Origin: Steroidobacteraceae bacterium
GTDB lineage: Bacteria; Pseudomonadota; Gammaproteobacteria; Steroidobacterales; Steroidobacteraceae
Direction of reading: 5' to 3'
DNA length: 27,405 bases
Assembly (NCBI GenBank): GCA_036377475.1
Contig: DASUYI010000321.1
Coordinates: forward strand, 1-27,405
Shown here: piece after piece, positions 26,637 through 27,405 of the stretch
Position numbering within the stretch: position 1 is the first letter of the stretch
How the letters are laid out: each line of letters opens with the position of its first letter
Made by a program: the position numbers and the translations under genes
Notes under the pieces: model-generated
What the model saw: the letters and a program-made list of their open reading frames with translations, nothing else
Database searches by the model: none
What the model was told of the DNA's origin: nothing

Positions 26637-26889
26637 ATGGGTATCCCTTGTGTGTCCCAGGTGATGTCGCCCCGCTGGACGCGCTCACACGCCGACGATT
26701 GCTGACTGATGTCAAGCCGCACCGTCGTCAGCGCGCCGCCAGCTTCGCTCACCTGTACTTGAACGAGGTTCGTCCCATCCTTCAGTGTGACGTACGCGGA
26801 GATAGGCAGCATAGTCTGCCGAGCGGTGTCCGCAGGATGCAGCGCGACGAAGGACGCTGCCAACCAAGTTCACAAATGGCTTGTGTTAA

Positions 26890-26966
26890 TGGTCGGGATG
26901 AGAGGATTTGAACCTCCGACTCCTACGTCCCGAACGTAGTGCTCTACCAGGCTGAGCTACATCCCG
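26890..26966 (-). tRNA. tRNA-Pro (anticodon CGG), CCA encoded
   Basis: Reverse complement CGGGATGTAGCTCAGCCTGGTAGAGCACTACGTTCGGGACGTAGGAGTCGGAGGTTCAAATCCTCTCATCCCGACCA: 77 nt, acceptor, D, anticodon (CTACG/CGTAG) and T (GTTCAAATC) arms. Confidence 0.97.
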
Positions 26967-27060
26967 AATCCGGTCATCGTCGCGGCCTGCCATATCTCGA
27001 TGGGGCTCGGGGCACCCGAGGCAGGACCGACGGCAGGGCAGGGCCCGCCGGGAGCCGCGC

Positions 27061-27089
27061 AGTGTACTGAACGACCCCCACCGATTCAA
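27061..27089 (-). promoter_or_regulatory. Sigma70 promoter for tRNA-Pro
   Basis: TTGAAT-17 bp-TACACT followed by a GC-rich discriminator (GCGCGGC), as expected for a stable-RNA promoter. Confidence 0.75.
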
Positions 27090-27104
27090 TTCGGACTTCG
27101 GCGG

Positions 27105-27405
27105 TCAGTAGCTCCGGGCGACCGCAAATTCGGCCAGCGCGGCCAGCGCGTCGCGGTAATTCGAGGGCGGCAGGGCCTGGAGCGCCGCCACGGCCGAGTC
27201 CTTCTCTACCTTTGCCATCCGGGCCGTGTACTCGAGGCCACCCGAGTCCCGGATGAGCCCGGTGATCGCCTCGAGGTCCTCGAGCCCGCCGTGTTCGATT
27301 GCGGACCGCAGCCGGCCCGCGTCCTCGGCCGAGGCGCGCCGGAGCGTGTAGATGACCGGCAGCGTCGGCTTGCCCTCGGCCAGGTCATCGCCCAGGTTCT
27401 TGCCG
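27105..27405 (-). CDS. ispB: Polyprenyl (octaprenyl) diphosphate synthase, 3' end only
   Basis: Read by hand: GKNLGDDLAEGKPTLPVIYTLRR..GGLEYTARMA..YRDALAALAEFAVARSY*. The 5' part lies outside the window. Confidence 0.85.
   Translation of the reverse strand, partial: GKNLGDDLAEGKPTLPVIYTLRRASAEDAGRLRSAIEHGGLEDLEAITGLIRDSGGLEYTARMAKVEKDSAVAALQALPPSNYRDALAALAEFAVARSY

Noticed and set aside
26890-26910. att-site duplication of the tRNA 3' end marking a genomic island
   Set aside because: No second copy was seen in the window and no integrase, so island status cannot be claimed.

Overview
High-GC bacterial window, probably gammaproteobacterial (inferred from the IspB C-terminus next to tRNA-Pro). 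It is almost fully coding and has no CRISPR array, integrase or intact IS. Left to right: (1) a >1978-aa SpvB/FG-GAP/YD-repeat Rhs protein with a signal peptide, on the minus strand and running off the left edge, so it is absent from the ORF track; (2) a DUF1264 lipoprotein, class A acid phosphatase, a small membrane protein, a VOC-SnoaL fusion and cardiolipin synthase; (3) an ECF sigma/anti-sigma pair divergent from a subtilase and a Gly/Ala-rich secreted protein, with a matching GGAAGAAA-N13-[G/T]CGTA promoter-like motif before the sigma and the secreted protein; (4) a YccA/BI-1 protein, a small membrane protein and a PDZ-alpha/beta hydrolase; (5) a DUF4760-like gene bracketed by a ~130-bp direct repeat with a perfect 42-bp core; (6) a DUF3604 lipoprotein-foldase-HupE/UreJ operon; (7) IorAB-type molybdoenzyme genes with XdhC- and MocA-like maturases; (8) a CBS protein, tRNA-Pro(CGG) and the 3' end of ispB. 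The best candidates for uncharacterised systems are the ECF-subtilase-secreted protein module, the DUF3604 operon and the repeat-flanked gene. Family names come from motif recognition by eye, not from database searches.
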